From Candidatus Marinacidobacterales bacterium (lineage in GTDB: Bacteria; Acidobacteriota; Vicinamibacteria; Marinacidobacterales; DATDRI01), in NCBI GenBank assembly GCA_965197825.1, contig CBDANW010000002.1:1146551-1210550 (forward strand): DNA of 64,000 nucleotides, in the 5' to 3' direction. Below the pieces are notes generated by a model that saw only the letters and a program-made list of their open reading frames with translations, was not told the origin of the DNA and did no database searches. The position numbers were made by a program, and so were the translations under genes. Each line of letters begins with the position of its first letter. Position 1 is the stretch's first letter. This document shows, piece by piece, positions 40,131-50,860 of this stretch.

Positions 40131-41684
40131 TCAAACTTTTTCGGAGATAGACTTCGCCTGCGTAAACAGCAAGAGATAGTCTCTGCCGCCAGCCTTCGAG
40201 TCCGTCCCGGACATATTGAACCCGCCGAAGGGGTGGGCGCCCACCAGCGCGCCGGTGCATTTCCGGTTGAAGTACAGATTGCCCACGTGGAATCGCTTGG
40301 TTGCGGTCTCCATCTTCTCGCGGCTGCTGGTGTAGAGGGAGCCGGTGAGCCCATACTCCGTGTCGTTCACTAGCTTCAACGCCTCGTCGAAGTCCTTCGC
40401 TCGGTGAGCCGCCAGCACCGGCCCGAAGATCTCTTCCTGTGCGATGGTCGCCTTAGGATCCACATCGGCAATGATGGTGGGACGGATGAAATAGCCTTCC
40501 GCATCAGGTATCGCACCGCCGCCGGTCAATAAACGCCCCCCCTCCGAGATTCCTTTTTTGATGTAGCCAAGGATGGACTCCATGGCCGACTTGTTGATGA
40601 CGGGACCGATCGTGTAGCGGGGATCGTCAGTCGGCCCTGCCTGCAGCTTCTCGGCGTGGTCCTTCAGCTTCCCGAGGAAGCTGTCGTATATCTTTTCATC
40701 GATGATGACGCGGGAGCAGGCCGAGCACTTCTGTCCGGTATAGCTGAAGGCCGAAGCTGCGACGCCCGCAACGGCTGCATCGATATCTGCATCACCATCC
40801 ACGATGATCCCGTCCTTGCCGCCCATCTCGACAATGACCCGTCGGATCCAGATCTGTCCCGGTACGGTGCGAGCGGCCTTCTCGTTGATTCCGAGACCAA
40901 CCTCCTTGGAACCGGTGAAAGCGATCATGCGGGTTTTGGGATGCGTGACCAGGGTGTCGCCCACGGTTCCGCCAGAGCCGCTGACGAAGTTCAAGACGCC
41001 CTTCGGCAGACCCACCTCGTCCATAATCTCGAAAAACTTGAAGCCGATGGCCGGGGAGTCGGACGACGGTTTCAAAACGACGGTGTTGCCCGTGACGATC
41101 GCTGCGCTGGCCATTCCGACCAAGATGGCGAACGGGAAGTTCCAGGGCGGGATCACGACGGTTGCGCCGAGAGGAATGTAACGCAATTCGCTCTTTTCCG
41201 TCGGGATCTGAACCAGTGGTTGGGGCCCGTCGAGACGAAGATTCTCGCGGGCGTAGAGCTCGACGAAATCGATGGCCTCGGCCACGTCCGCATCGGCCTC
41301 GACCCAGCTCTTGCCCACCTCATAGACCATCCAAGCCGCGAGCTCGTACTTCCGCTTCCGCATGACCTGGGCGGCATCCATGAGGTAGCGCGAGCGCTCC
41401 GTCGCCGGTGTGAACTGCCAACTCTGGAACGTCTCGTGGGCTACCTCGACCGCCTTCCCAGCCATCCCCAGAGTGGCTCGTTGGAAGACACCAACGACTT
41501 CGTTGGGTCGGGCGGGGTTGATCGACCGCAGCTTCTCATCGGCCTTCAGGCGTTCGCCCCCGATCACGAGCTCGTGCTCGGCCCCCATGCGCTGCTTTAC
41601 GTAGGCCAACGCCTCGAGCATGGCTTTCTTGTTTTCCTCCCGGCCGAAGTCGGTAAGAGGCTCGTTAACGAAAGGCTGAATCAT
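40131..41684 (-). CDS. rocA: L-glutamate gamma-semialdehyde (1-pyrroline-5-carboxylate) dehydrogenase, RocA type
   Basis: 515-aa aldehyde dehydrogenase with ELGGKDGIIVD, catalytic Cys in GQKCSACSRVII, and EEIFGPVL. The N-terminus MIQPFVNEP is typical of Bacillus-type P5CDH. Confidence 0.85.
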   Translation of the reverse strand: MIQPFVNEPLTDFGREENKKAMLEALAYVKQRMGAEHELVIGGERLKADEKLRSINPARPNEVVGVFQRATLGMAGKAVEVAHETFQSWQFTPATERSRYLMDAAQVMRKRKYELAAWMVYEVGKSWVEADADVAEAIDFVELYARENLRLDGPQPLVQIPTEKSELRYIPLGATVVIPPWNFPFAILVGMASAAIVTGNTVVLKPSSDSPAIGFKFFEIMDEVGLPKGVLNFVSGSGGTVGDTLVTHPKTRMIAFTGSKEVGLGINEKAARTVPGQIWIRRVIVEMGGKDGIIVDGDADIDAAVAGVAASAFSYTGQKCSACSRVIIDEKIYDSFLGKLKDHAEKLQAGPTDDPRYTIGPVINKSAMESILGYIKKGISEGGRLLTGGGAIPDAEGYFIRPTIIADVDPKATIAQEEIFGPVLAAHRAKDFDEALKLVNDTEYGLTGSLYTSSREKMETATKRFHVGNLYFNRKCTGALVGAHPFGGFNMSGTDSKAGGRDYLLLFTQAKSISEKV

Positions 41685-41967
41685 GACAACTCCCCCCATC
41701 CTTGGTGGAGATTCTTCGTGCAGAAACTACCACAACTTCTCAAAAGGAGCGACGCGGTCACTCACCTTCGGCCGGGGCGTCGGCTCAGAGGAGTGATCGA
41801 GGAGCCCCCCCACGCACAAACCCTCCGCTCGACCTCTGCTTGCGCGGCCGACCGGAGGGTTAGTGTCCTGTATCAAGGAGACCCCGGCGACAGAACGGCT
41901 ACCGGAGGACCCACTCTTGGCGGAGAGCCCTCCCGCGAGCTAGTGCTCGATAACGAAAAGACTCGGG

Positions 41968-42267
41968 TTACTTCTTAGGCGGAAAAATAGCGTCCTTGCA
42001 AACCTTGGAAACGCGAAACTTCACCACCGTCTTTGCCGGGATCTGAATCTCTTCGCCCGTCTGTGGATTCCGCCCCTTCCGGGCCTTCCGGTGAGATTTC
42101 ACGAGCTTGCCGATTCCGGGTATGACGAACTGCCCCGCCCGCTTGGTCTCCTTGACCGCCAGATCCGCTAGCTCCTCTAGAATGTTGGCCGACTCCTTCT
42201 TGCTGAGGTTGATCTTTTCCGCCATGTAGCTGACGACCTGAGTCTTGGTCATTGCCTTGTTCGCCAT
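41968..42267 (-). CDS. HU/IHF-family nucleoid-associated DNA-binding protein
   Basis: MTKTQVVSYMAEKINLSKKESANILEELADLAVKETKRAGQFVIPGIGKLVKSHRKARKGRNPQTGEEIQIPAKTVVKFRVSKVCKDA has the beta-arm RNPQTGE signature. The upstream extension to 42309 is probably not translated. Confidence 0.85.
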   Translation of the reverse strand: MANKAMTKTQVVSYMAEKINLSKKESANILEELADLAVKETKRAGQFVIPGIGKLVKSHRKARKGRNPQTGEEIQIPAKTVVKFRVSKVCKDAIFPPKK

Positions 42268-42783
42268 TCGCTGTTCTCCTTTCGAAGAAACGTACAGCAT
42301 AGCCTCCAACTAGCAGGGTTCACTGCAGCCGCCGCCTAGGAGGCACGACCGCCAAGTCACCCTACTCGCCCTCTGACACCCGATTGTAATCAGTTGGACG
42401 GGAGCTAAACTGCGATATTTTAAACGCGCGCGGGCTTTCCTGCAAGGGAAGAAACGAAAAAAACCCGCTCCAGATGCCCTCTCCGCCCCACCCGGGCAGC
42501 CGGGCGGCCCGGCTCGACGGTCCCCCTCCGCGAACTGCCCAGCCTCCGTCCGACACCGAGAACCGGTAAACTCCCCGCTTGCGGGAAGATGGGGCTCGTA
42601 GCAGTAACCAGAGATCTATTCAAATCTGTTCAAAAAGGCGACTTAGCAGGTTCACTGGGGGGGTAGGTGAAAAGAAAATATCTCAAATCGAGGGTGGACG
42701 GATTGTAACTCCTCGCCGTGGCCCGTCGTGACAAGCGTGTCGGAATGTTCCATCGTGAGCAGTCTTGAAAGGAGTGCGAAGCG

Positions 42784-43128
42784 ATGGAAGCGAGGACAGC
42801 ATTTCGTAGGCGAGCACGTGAAGAAAATCGTGGCCGCACAGGTCGAGGGCGGCGTTACTCGCGGGAACAACGTCGCGAAGCGGTGCTGTATCTGAATCAG
42901 ATGAAGGATCAGGGCGCGAGCCTTGAGGGTGTCGCGAGGGGGCTCGGGGTGAGTGGCTGGAGTCTATCTCGATGGAATCGAGAGGAGGCTATGAGGGGTA
43001 TCGTTCGGCGTGTCGAAGTCGTGGAATCGGAAAAACGCACGGAGATTACGCTGGTAACCCCGCGAGGGTATCGAATCGAGGGTCTGTCGGAACAGCGGCT
43101 GCTGCGGCTTGTTGAGCAGCTGGGATGA
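42784..43128 (+). CDS. IS66 accessory protein TnpA (ORF1, HTH)
   Basis: Small basic protein; overlapping stop/start (ATGA) with ORF2, as in IS66. Confidence 0.75.
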   Translation: MEARTAFRRRAREENRGRTGRGRRYSREQRREAVLYLNQMKDQGASLEGVARGLGVSGWSLSRWNREEAMRGIVRRVEVVESEKRTEITLVTPRGYRIEGLSEQRLLRLVEQLG

Positions 43129-43505
43129 AGTGGAATAGCCGTCGGGTGTCGGCATGGGCGTACGCGGCGCCGGCGGATCTCCGCAAGGGCTTTGACGGTC
43201 TGTCGGCGCTGGTGATGAACGAGCTTGGTCGTGACCCGCTGAGCGGTGAGCTGTACTTGTTCGTCAGCCGCAACCGAATCCGCGCGAAAGTTCTGCACTG
43301 GGACGGGACCGGACTGTGCGTCTACGCGAAACGTCTCGAAGAGGGAAAGTTCGCATGCCTGTGGTCCAGCGGTGACGGCGAGCCAGTGCGACTGACGACG
43401 ACAGAGTTGTCGTTGTTTCTGGAGGTGAGCCGGTTGGTCGGAAAAATATCTTTGTCACCTCCTGAAATGAAGCATTTTTCACTTGCCGTGAGATCGTCTC
43501 TATGA
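43125..43505 (+). CDS. IS66 Orf2 (TnpB-like)
   Basis: LRKGFDGLSALVMNELGRDPLSGELYLFVSRNRIRAKVLHWDGTGLCVYAKRLEEGKF matches the IS66 Orf2 family. Confidence 0.85.
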   Translation: MKWNSRRVSAWAYAAPADLRKGFDGLSALVMNELGRDPLSGELYLFVSRNRIRAKVLHWDGTGLCVYAKRLEEGKFACLWSSGDGEPVRLTTTELSLFLEVSRLVGKISLSPPEMKHFSLAVRSSL

Positions 43506-43519
43506 TCTAATCGTATTCC

Positions 43520-45028
43520 GTGGTTCGCATAAAAAACGAACACGACCTCGAAACACTCCGCCAGATAGCTCTCCTCGTTGATAACGAGAACCAGCGCCTC
43601 GTCAATGAAAACGTTCGTCTGCGAGTGGAACTGGCGAGACTCCATGGTGTGCCGGAAACGGAGCAACTTGAACTGTCGGTTCTCAAGCAACTACAGGAAA
43701 AGCGAGAGAGCATTTTCCGCATCGACGAAAAGCGGACCCGGAAGAAAACGAAGGCTAAAAAGAACAAGAAGAAAGGGCACGGCCCGCGCGAACAGCCTCA
43801 TCTTCCCGTGGTCGACAAAGTAATCGAACTCGCCGAGACAGAGAAAAAGTGCTCGGTGTGCGACGGCGAGCTGGCGGGTCAATACGAGGAATCGGAAGTG
43901 GTGACGGTGGTGAAGCGGAGCTTCGTCATCGAACGGCATTTGCGGAAAAAGTACCGCTGCCGATGTAACGCGAACGTCGTCACCGCACCGGCGGCGACGA
44001 AGCTTCAGCCCGGAGGCCGCTACTCGGTGGAGTTCGCGACCGAAGTGGCCATCAGCAAGTACCTGGACCATATGCCTCTCGAGCGCCAGGTTCGAATGAT
44101 GCGCCGCGAAGGGCTAGATATCGACAGCCAGACGCTGTGGGACCAGCTGAACGTACTGGCACGTCATCTGAATCCGGTGTACGACGCTCTGGGAGAGAAG
44201 GTTTTGGAGTCACCCGTCATCCACGCCGACGAAACGCGGTGGCCTCTGATGGGCTCGATGAAGAAGTCGGCGGGCACGGTGTGGGGCGTTTCGAGTCCGG
44301 ACATCGCGTACTACCGAATGCTGCCGACGAAATCGACGGAAGATGGCCAAAAGGTGCTGGGGACCTACTCCGGCATCGCGATTGTGGACGGCTACGCGGT
44401 GTACGAGGTGCTAGCTCGTGCCGGTCCAGACGGCTACGCGGCTCGTGCCGGTCCACAGTTTCGTCTCGCCCACTGCTGGGCGCACGTGAAAAGAAAGTTC
44501 GACGAAGCCAGCGAGCACTACCCGCAAGCTTGCTCCGAAGTGCTTCGTTTGATCGGAGAGCTGTACGAAGTCGAACGCGAGGTCCCGGGTCCGTTTCCCG
44601 GCGATGAAAAAGCTCAGAAACTGAGACTTCGTTTACGCAAGCAACGTTCGCAGCGGATCTTGAAAGCGATTCGGCAATGGGGCGAGAGCCAAAGAGGATT
44701 GCCGCGAAGCGACTTCGGCAAGGCGGTCCGCTACATGCTGGAGAGATGGGAGACACTCACGCTGTTCGCCGAAAACCCTCTCGTCTGGCTTGACAACAAT
44801 CACGCCGAGCGCGCCCTGAGGGAACCTGTCGTCGGTCGCAAAAATCACTACGGCAGTCGAACGAAACGCGGAACCGACGTCGCAGCGCTGTTCTACACCC
44901 TGTGCGAGACCGCGAAGCTTCAGAACGTCGACCCCAGGGCCTACATGCTCGAAGCGGCCTACGCCGCCATCAACCAGCCAGGAACCGTGTTACTCCCCGA
45001 CGCCCTACGCGACAACTCCGCTGCGTAG
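43520..45028 (+). CDS. IS66-family transposase TnpC
   Basis: Leucine-zipper N-terminus, Zn-ribbon (CSVCDGEL...CRCN), DDE core ([10 protein letters not shown]..., [25 protein letters not shown]); 502 aa. Confidence 0.95.
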   Translation: MVRIKNEHDLETLRQIALLVDNENQRLVNENVRLRVELARLHGVPETEQLELSVLKQLQEKRESIFRIDEKRTRKKTKAKKNKKKGHGPREQPHLPVVDKVIELAETEKKCSVCDGELAGQYEESEVVTVVKRSFVIERHLRKKYRCRCNANVVTAPAATKLQPGGRYSVEFATEVAISKYLDHMPLERQVRMMRREGLDIDSQTLWDQLNVLARHLNPVYDALGEKVLESPVIHADETRWPLMGSMKKSAGTVWGVSSPDIAYYRMLPTKSTEDGQKVLGTYSGIAIVDGYAVYEVLARAGPDGYAARAGPQFRLAHCWAHVKRKFDEASEHYPQACSEVLRLIGELYEVEREVPGPFPGDEKAQKLRLRLRKQRSQRILKAIRQWGESQRGLPRSDFGKAVRYMLERWETLTLFAENPLVWLDNNHAERALREPVVGRKNHYGSRTKRGTDVAALFYTLCETAKLQNVDPRAYMLEAAYAAINQPGTVLLPDALRDNSAA

Positions 45029-45771
45029 CTTCTCCTCCGAATCGCGACGTTCCAACCCGCTCCAGTGGGGCACGGCGAGGAGTTAGGACGGATGAGGTGC
45101 TATTCTGGCGTCAATTAGCTTGGTTGCTGCTGTCAAGCCGTGTCAGACGCCGGCCGGAAAACTCGTCTTATACGAGCAGGAACTTCAGAGCCAATCCCGT
45201 TCGCATGAGCGGCTGGCAGGTGGTCTTCGCGGCTCGGGCAACCAAGCCTTGCGAGAGCCAAGCAAGCTAGACGGTTTCGCGGCTGCGGAGAGTCGTCGAG
45301 TTGGAGAAGGAGGTGATGCCGTAAGTTGAGTTTTTAGAAAGGAGTACACGCTCAAGACCAAAGGGCAGGGATGGTGTCGTGGGTGTTCGTCATCGAGGAC
45401 CAAACTGGAACCTAGTTGAAGGTACGTTTTTTGTACGGTGAGCTCCACCGGAACTGACGCCTGCGGAGAGGAAGGCTCTGGCTCCAGCACACGCTGGAGT
45501 GAAACCGGCCTTTGTGAAGCAGGAACTGGGCATGATCAGATTGGATCACGTTCTGGAGAGCGGCGCCCTGGCCCCGACCTCGCTATAATGCAGCACTGTG
45601 CTTTCTCGCCCTACCCGTGCCCTGGAGCGCTTGCCCAGTCTTTGTGGCGCGGCGTGCTCGTGGAGGCGTATCCTGCGGCGGACTTGCAGTGTGCCTGTCC
45701 GTGGGGGGGGGTGGCGGTTCGAGCGGGAGCCGACTCTGGACGTCTTGGTACCTGGGAACGGAGCTAGCCCC

Positions 45772-46164
45772 ATGAAGAAGAACCCCCGGCCCGGTCTCGA
45801 GCACGATCTCGAGCGCGTCGTGACGCGCGAGCTCAGCGTGCGAGGCCTGCGGGACGTCCCGCCGGTTCTCGCCACCGCGGAGATGATCCGGCTGATGGAG
45901 ATAGCCGCGCATCTTCTCCTCGAACCCTTCTACGGCGAGGGAGAATCTTCGGTGGGCACGAAGGTCGACGTCCGTCACACCGCAGCTACTCCTCTCGGTA
46001 TGCGAGTCCGGACGCACGCGAAGCTCGTCGCGGTCGACGGGAATCGGTACTACTTCGAGGTCGCCTCCTACGACGAGAAAGGCGAGATCGGACGAGGCAC
46101 GCACGAGCGCACGGTGATCGACATCGCACGCTTTCGCGCCAGCATGGAGAAGAAGCTGCAGTAG
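45772..46164 (+). CDS. Hotdog-fold thioesterase-superfamily protein
   Basis: VLATAEMIRLMEIAAHLLLEPF...VGTKVDVRHTAATPLGMRV...AVDGNRYYFEVASYDEKGEIGRGTHERTVID. RBS GGAACGGAG lies upstream of the ATG at 45772. The track ORF from 45598 is an extension. Confidence 0.7.
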   Translation: MKKNPRPGLEHDLERVVTRELSVRGLRDVPPVLATAEMIRLMEIAAHLLLEPFYGEGESSVGTKVDVRHTAATPLGMRVRTHAKLVAVDGNRYYFEVASYDEKGEIGRGTHERTVIDIARFRASMEKKLQ

Positions 46165-46169
46165 GTTGT

Positions 46170-49100
46170 TTAGGGTCGTCCTTGCTCCAAAAGACGATCG
46201 ACCTGGAGAAACCTCCCTTTCGATACGACCCCGTCGACCCTCCGGAGGTTGCGAATGTCCGCCACCGGGTCCCCATCCAAGATGACCAGGTCGGCGAACC
46301 GTCCGGGAAGGATGCTTCCTAGATCGTCCGAGGCGCCCAGGGCCTCAGCGGCTACCTGAGTCGCCGAATGAATTGCCTGAAGCGGCCCTAGGCCCGCCTC
46401 CGACATCTGCTCGATTTCGAGGATCAAACCATACCCGTAGGGAACGATCGGCGCGTCGGTACCCGCCACGATGCGCCCGCCAGCAGCGGAGATAGCACGC
46501 AGCGTCTGGAAGATCGGCAACATGATCTCTTCGCGCTCGGCCACTTCCCCGACTGGCGCGCGGCGCGCGGCACCGAGCGCCCAGGGTGGAAGAAGCGCGG
46601 CCAGGCGGGCATCATCGAGGAGCTCCGGTTCGCGAGCGAGCGCGAGTTGGAACCCTCCCGTGATCAGGATCGTCGGGGTGACATACACCCCGGAGCGCGA
46701 CACAAGGTCGACAACGTCACGGTAGCTCCTCCGTAGAGCGGAGATCTTGGGAGAGAAGCCCCGCCGGCTCGTTCCCCTGAGATGCTCGATGCCATCCACA
46801 CCAAACGCGACCGCGGGGTAAATCTCATGGGAGGTGACAAAGATGCCGCGGCGGTGAGCTTCCTCGACGGTTCTCCGTTGTAGCTCATCGGAAAGCCGTA
46901 CGTACGTCTTGACCAGGTCGTAGTCGAGTGTGAACGCCCGACGGAGCTCTCGCAGAAGCTCTTCTTCAGTCTCGATCGCCAGATAGTCCGGATAGTAAAT
47001 TCGTCCGCCATCGAGAGCGAAACCGCTCGCGAAGATTCGCGGCCCGACGCGTCGTCCGGAATCGATACTTTCCTGCTCTTCCAACGTCCGGTAGATGGAC
47101 CCGCTGGTGCTGCGAATCGAGGTGACACCGAAGGCCAACCACAGACGGCCTTGACGACTCCCGAAGTCGGGAAGAGTGAGGTGGGCGTGCATGTCGATGA
47201 GACCCGGGATCACGGACTTGCCCGTTGCGTCGATGGTTGGGACGTCATCGGCAGGCTCGCTTCCCGTAGGCCCGATGCTCTGAATTCGGCCCGCCTCGAT
47301 AAGGATGTCCATGTTGTCGCGAGGAGGCACCCCGGTTCCGTCGATGACGCGAGCGTTTCGGATCACCATCCTTCCCACCGGCGCTTGCACTCGGTAGCTA
47401 AGATCCAAAGCGATCTCGCTCGTGCGTCCCCCGTCGATGTCGGCACGAGTCAGCTTGTCCCCGGCGAGAAAGAGGACGCTCCGTGAGTCCGGAGACCACT
47501 GTGGAAAGTGGATCGGCGAATCGAAGACTCGCCGCGGTGCGTCCGTCGGCTCTCCGTCCGGAGTTACCGGGAGGATGTAGAGCGCTCCATCCATGGCGAA
47601 GGCGAGCTTTCGGCCATCCGGACTCCAAGTCGGTCCGTCCCCAGTGCGGGAGCCGACGCTCTTGCCTGACAAGTCTCCCTGGAGCTCGATCGTTCGCTCC
47701 TCCCCAGAATCCTTGGAGACCACGACGAGACGGTTGCCCCCCTCCCGAAAGCGTTTCGAGTAGGTCTCCATCACCACCACCACCAAGTGTTGACTGTCAC
47801 TCGACCAGCTCGGCGAGCCTGCCCAGCGTCGACTCGTCCGAACCAGTCTGGGGCGGCCTCCTTCGGCAGGAATCACATAGAGGTGATCCTCCTCATCGGT
47901 GAACGCGATCCATTGGCCGTCGGGAGACCAGACCGGCGTCACTTCTGCTCCCGGGAGATCGGTCAGCCTCGTCGCCTCGCCGCCGGGAGCCGCGTCCGCC
48001 TTCTTCCTCCACAGATCCATGCTGCCGGCGCGATCGGAAGAGAAGACGATGTCCCGACCGTCCGGCGACCAGCTGGGATCGGAGTCCAGGTACTCGTCGC
48101 GGGTCAACAGGATGGGATTGAGCCCATCGGCGCGGGCGACCCAGATATCCCCGAGCGCGGTAAGCGCGAGCTGATTGCCGTCGGGGGAGAGCACTGGTCC
48201 GACGATACCGCGTACTGGCCGCCGCTCCTCGGGGGACAGTCTTGCCGCACGCCTCGAGTATGCGGGCCGGTTCAGAGCGACCGTGACCGAGAAAGAGATG
48301 GTTTGCGGCGAAGTCTCTCCAGCGCGCAGCCGGCGGATGCGGCCATCCGAGGTGTACAGGAGGCCGCCTTCGGGCATCCACTGAGCGCGAAACGGAAAGA
48401 CATCCTCGCCAGATGTCCTCTTGACCGATTCGCCGCCGCGCGCCGGGACGACTACGAGATCGCTCGCGATGCCTTCCGAAAAACGCCGGTTGGAAACCTC
48501 GTAGGCACGTTCCTCAAGAAGTTGCATGGCGATTTGCCGTCCATCCCGACTCCAGGATGGGCTCGCCGCTTTGCCCTCGAAAAAGGCGATCCTCGACTCT
48601 TGACCGCCTCGCGCCCCGATTCTCCAAAGCTCGGTGGTCCCGACCTCGCCTCGGCCGGATAGGAACGCGATTTCGCTTCCATCCGGCGACCAGGCGGGCA
48701 TGTAGTCGTCCGCTTGGTTGGTGGTAACTTGGGAGACCTCGCTATCGGCGACATCCAGAATCCACACGTCATAGTTGCCGGAGCGGTCCGAGGAGAATGC
48801 GACGCGTGTCCCGTCTTGCGACCAAACGGGCTCACGATCGTCGAACGGACCTTCGGTCAGAGGCTCGAGCCCATTCCCATTGGCATCGATCGCCCAGATG
48901 TCCCAGCTCCCTCTCCGATAGGACTGAAACACGATGCGGCTACCGTCGGGTGAGTAGTCGGGCCGTCGGTCATCACCCAGACCGTCGGTGAGAGCCCAGC
49001 CCTCTCCTCCTTCAACAGGGAGAGACCAGAGCGTCCCTTGTAGATCCAGTGCCAGGCTCGAGCCATCCGGAGACAGGGCGACGGCGAAGTTGGTGCCTTC

Positions 49101-49289
49101 CTCGAGGTTTACCTCGATAGAAGGTGAACCCTCCTGCATTCCGAGCGCCAGGCAAAGTACTCCGCCCAAGCTCACTCCAAGCGCGGTCCCAAACCGCCGG
49201 CCATGAAAAGAAACCCGACCGGATAGGAAGGGTATCCTTTGAAGTAGGCTCATGCCGATCACGTCTCCTGTTCTCGGGGTAGTTTTCAA
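46170..49289 (-). CDS. Secreted TolB-like beta-propeller (PD40 repeats) fused to a C-terminal metal-dependent amidohydrolase domain
   Basis: Signal peptide. Many PD40-type repeats (SPDGSRIVFQS, SQDGTRVAFSSDRSG, SPDGSEIAFLS, SPDGRDIVFSSDR, SPDGQWIAF ...). The C-terminal domain starts at the GLIDMHAHL metal-binding motif. 1039 aa. Confidence 0.8.
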   Translation of the reverse strand: MKTTPRTGDVIGMSLLQRIPFLSGRVSFHGRRFGTALGVSLGGVLCLALGMQEGSPSIEVNLEEGTNFAVALSPDGSSLALDLQGTLWSLPVEGGEGWALTDGLGDDRRPDYSPDGSRIVFQSYRRGSWDIWAIDANGNGLEPLTEGPFDDREPVWSQDGTRVAFSSDRSGNYDVWILDVADSEVSQVTTNQADDYMPAWSPDGSEIAFLSGRGEVGTTELWRIGARGGQESRIAFFEGKAASPSWSRDGRQIAMQLLEERAYEVSNRRFSEGIASDLVVVPARGGESVKRTSGEDVFPFRAQWMPEGGLLYTSDGRIRRLRAGETSPQTISFSVTVALNRPAYSRRAARLSPEERRPVRGIVGPVLSPDGNQLALTALGDIWVARADGLNPILLTRDEYLDSDPSWSPDGRDIVFSSDRAGSMDLWRKKADAAPGGEATRLTDLPGAEVTPVWSPDGQWIAFTDEEDHLYVIPAEGGRPRLVRTSRRWAGSPSWSSDSQHLVVVVMETYSKRFREGGNRLVVVSKDSGEERTIELQGDLSGKSVGSRTGDGPTWSPDGRKLAFAMDGALYILPVTPDGEPTDAPRRVFDSPIHFPQWSPDSRSVLFLAGDKLTRADIDGGRTSEIALDLSYRVQAPVGRMVIRNARVIDGTGVPPRDNMDILIEAGRIQSIGPTGSEPADDVPTIDATGKSVIPGLIDMHAHLTLPDFGSRQGRLWLAFGVTSIRSTSGSIYRTLEEQESIDSGRRVGPRIFASGFALDGGRIYYPDYLAIETEEELLRELRRAFTLDYDLVKTYVRLSDELQRRTVEEAHRRGIFVTSHEIYPAVAFGVDGIEHLRGTSRRGFSPKISALRRSYRDVVDLVSRSGVYVTPTILITGGFQLALAREPELLDDARLAALLPPWALGAARRAPVGEVAEREEIMLPIFQTLRAISAAGGRIVAGTDAPIVPYGYGLILEIEQMSEAGLGPLQAIHSATQVAAEALGASDDLGSILPGRFADLVILDGDPVADIRNLRRVDGVVSKGRFLQVDRLLEQGRP

Positions 49290-49588
49290 GGTCGTTCTCA
49301 GGGCTAGGGAAGGCTCAAGCTACACCAGTCGGCCATCCACCTCAACTCGGCCCATCTCCACCACCCCACGCATTTGACCCCGGAGCCTAAAAAGGGCATC
49401 CTAGATGTCCCCAGCCGGCGTCTGACTGGCGTCTGACCACGTCAATTAGGAGATCCCGTTTGATGACGCCTGAATGCTTGGCCGGATCACTCATTGACGC
49501 CAAACTGGCCAAGTCGCATTAAATAACTCCCCCAGCCGCACCGCCGCCGGTGGAACGGATCGTTCCCCAGCGAGCAAGGATTCCTTTC

Positions 49589-50608
49589 TCATGATCGATA
49601 CCGGCTTCGAGAGCTATACCGGGCTAGGCAGTAGTCTCGCTCAAGGACTCGTTCAGGAACCCTGCGGCCACCGTCACGCGCGAGGCGGTTCGAGAGTAGC
49701 GAGAGGTTACGTTGGGAGATCATTCGTAACTCCTCGCCGTGCCCCACTGGAGCGGGTTGGAACGTCGCGATTCGGAGGAGAAGCCACGCAGCGGAGTTGT
49801 CGCGTAGGGCGTCGGGGAGTAACACGGTTCCTGGCTGGTTGATGGCGGCGTAGGCCGCTTCGAGCATGTAGGCCCTGGGGTCGACGTTCTGAAGCTTCGC
49901 GGTCTCGCACAGGGTGTAGAACAGCGCTGCGACGTCGGTTCCGCGTTTCGATCGACTGCCGTAGTGATTTTTGCGACCGACGACAGGTCCCCTCAGGGCG
50001 CGCTCGGCGTGATTGTTGTCAAGCCAGACGAGAGGGTTTTCGGCGAACAGCGTGAGTGTCTCCCATCTCTCCAGCATGTAGCGGACCGCCTTGCCGAAGT
50101 CGCTTCGCGGCAATCCTCTTTGGCTCTCGCCCCATTGCCGAATCGCTTTCAAGATCCGCTGCGAACGTTGCTTGCGTAAACGAAGTCTCAGTTTCTGAGC
50201 TTTTTCATCGCCGGGAAACGGACCCGGGACCTCGCGTTCGACTTCGTACAGCTCTCCGATCAAACGAAGCACTTCGGAGCAAGCTTGCGGGTAGTGCTCG
50301 CTGGCTTCGTCGAACTTTCTTTTCACGTGCGCCCAGCAGTGGGCGAGACGAAACTGTGGACCGGCACGAGCCGCGTAGCCGTCTGGACCGGCACGAGCTA
50401 GCACCTCGTACACCGCGTAGCCGTCCACAACCGCGATGCCGGAGTAGGTCCCCAGCACCTTTTGGCCATCTTCCGTCGATTTCGTCGGCAGCATTCGGTA
50501 GTACGCGATGTCCGGACTCGAAACGCCCCACACCGTGCCCGCCGACTTCTTCATCGAGCCCATCAGAGGCCACCGCGTTTCGTCGGCGTGGATGACGGGT
50601 GACTCCAA
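49589..50608 (-). pseudogene. IS66 transposase TnpC C-terminal fragment with stop-codon loss (read-through past the IS end)
   Basis: Identical to the C-terminal 290 aa of 43520-45028, except that TAG becomes TGG at the stop, so the frame runs a further 50 codons into flanking DNA. Confidence 0.85.
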
Positions 50609-50621
50609 AACCTTCTCTACT
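49727..50621 (-). mobile_element. Truncated second IS66 copy (3' 0.9 kb only)
   Basis: About 98% identical to 44194-45085 of the complete copy, in inverse orientation, ending at the same right IR. The upstream two-thirds are absent. The truncation point is joined to a 24-bp piece identical to the interior of the 10521-11934 IS (acttggccaactaccttgcccgta). Confidence 0.85.
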
Positions 50622-50860
50622 TGGCCAACTACCTTGCCCGTAAGTGAAGCCGACGAGACAAATCCGTCCGAGCGGTCGGATCACCGACATGAGCGCCGCC
50701 TCGAAGAGCTCTCCTTGCACCTGTGGTCCGCAAATAATAAGATCCGCCAGAAGCAGCCGACGATAGCAGGTCTAAAACGCTCAATCAACGCGGGATAGGT
50801 TTTTTGCGGAGGACAGCTCGGCCGACGGGAGAAACCCGACACTAACTCATAGGACGCCCA

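Larger units (their letters stand above)
42704..45085 (+). mobile_element. IS66-family insertion sequence, complete copy (about 2.38 kb) with 8-bp target-site duplication
   Basis: Terminal IRs tgtaactcctcgccgtg / cacggcgaggagtta. Direct repeat ggacggat immediately outside both ends. Three ORFs in the canonical order tnpA-tnpB-tnpC. Confidence 0.9.

Noticed and set aside
44137-44756. ORFs inside IS66 tnpC on either strand (44137..44607, 44217..44756), with mirror copies at 50056..50720
   Set aside because: They recur only because the IS66 sequence is duplicated, and are not independent genes.
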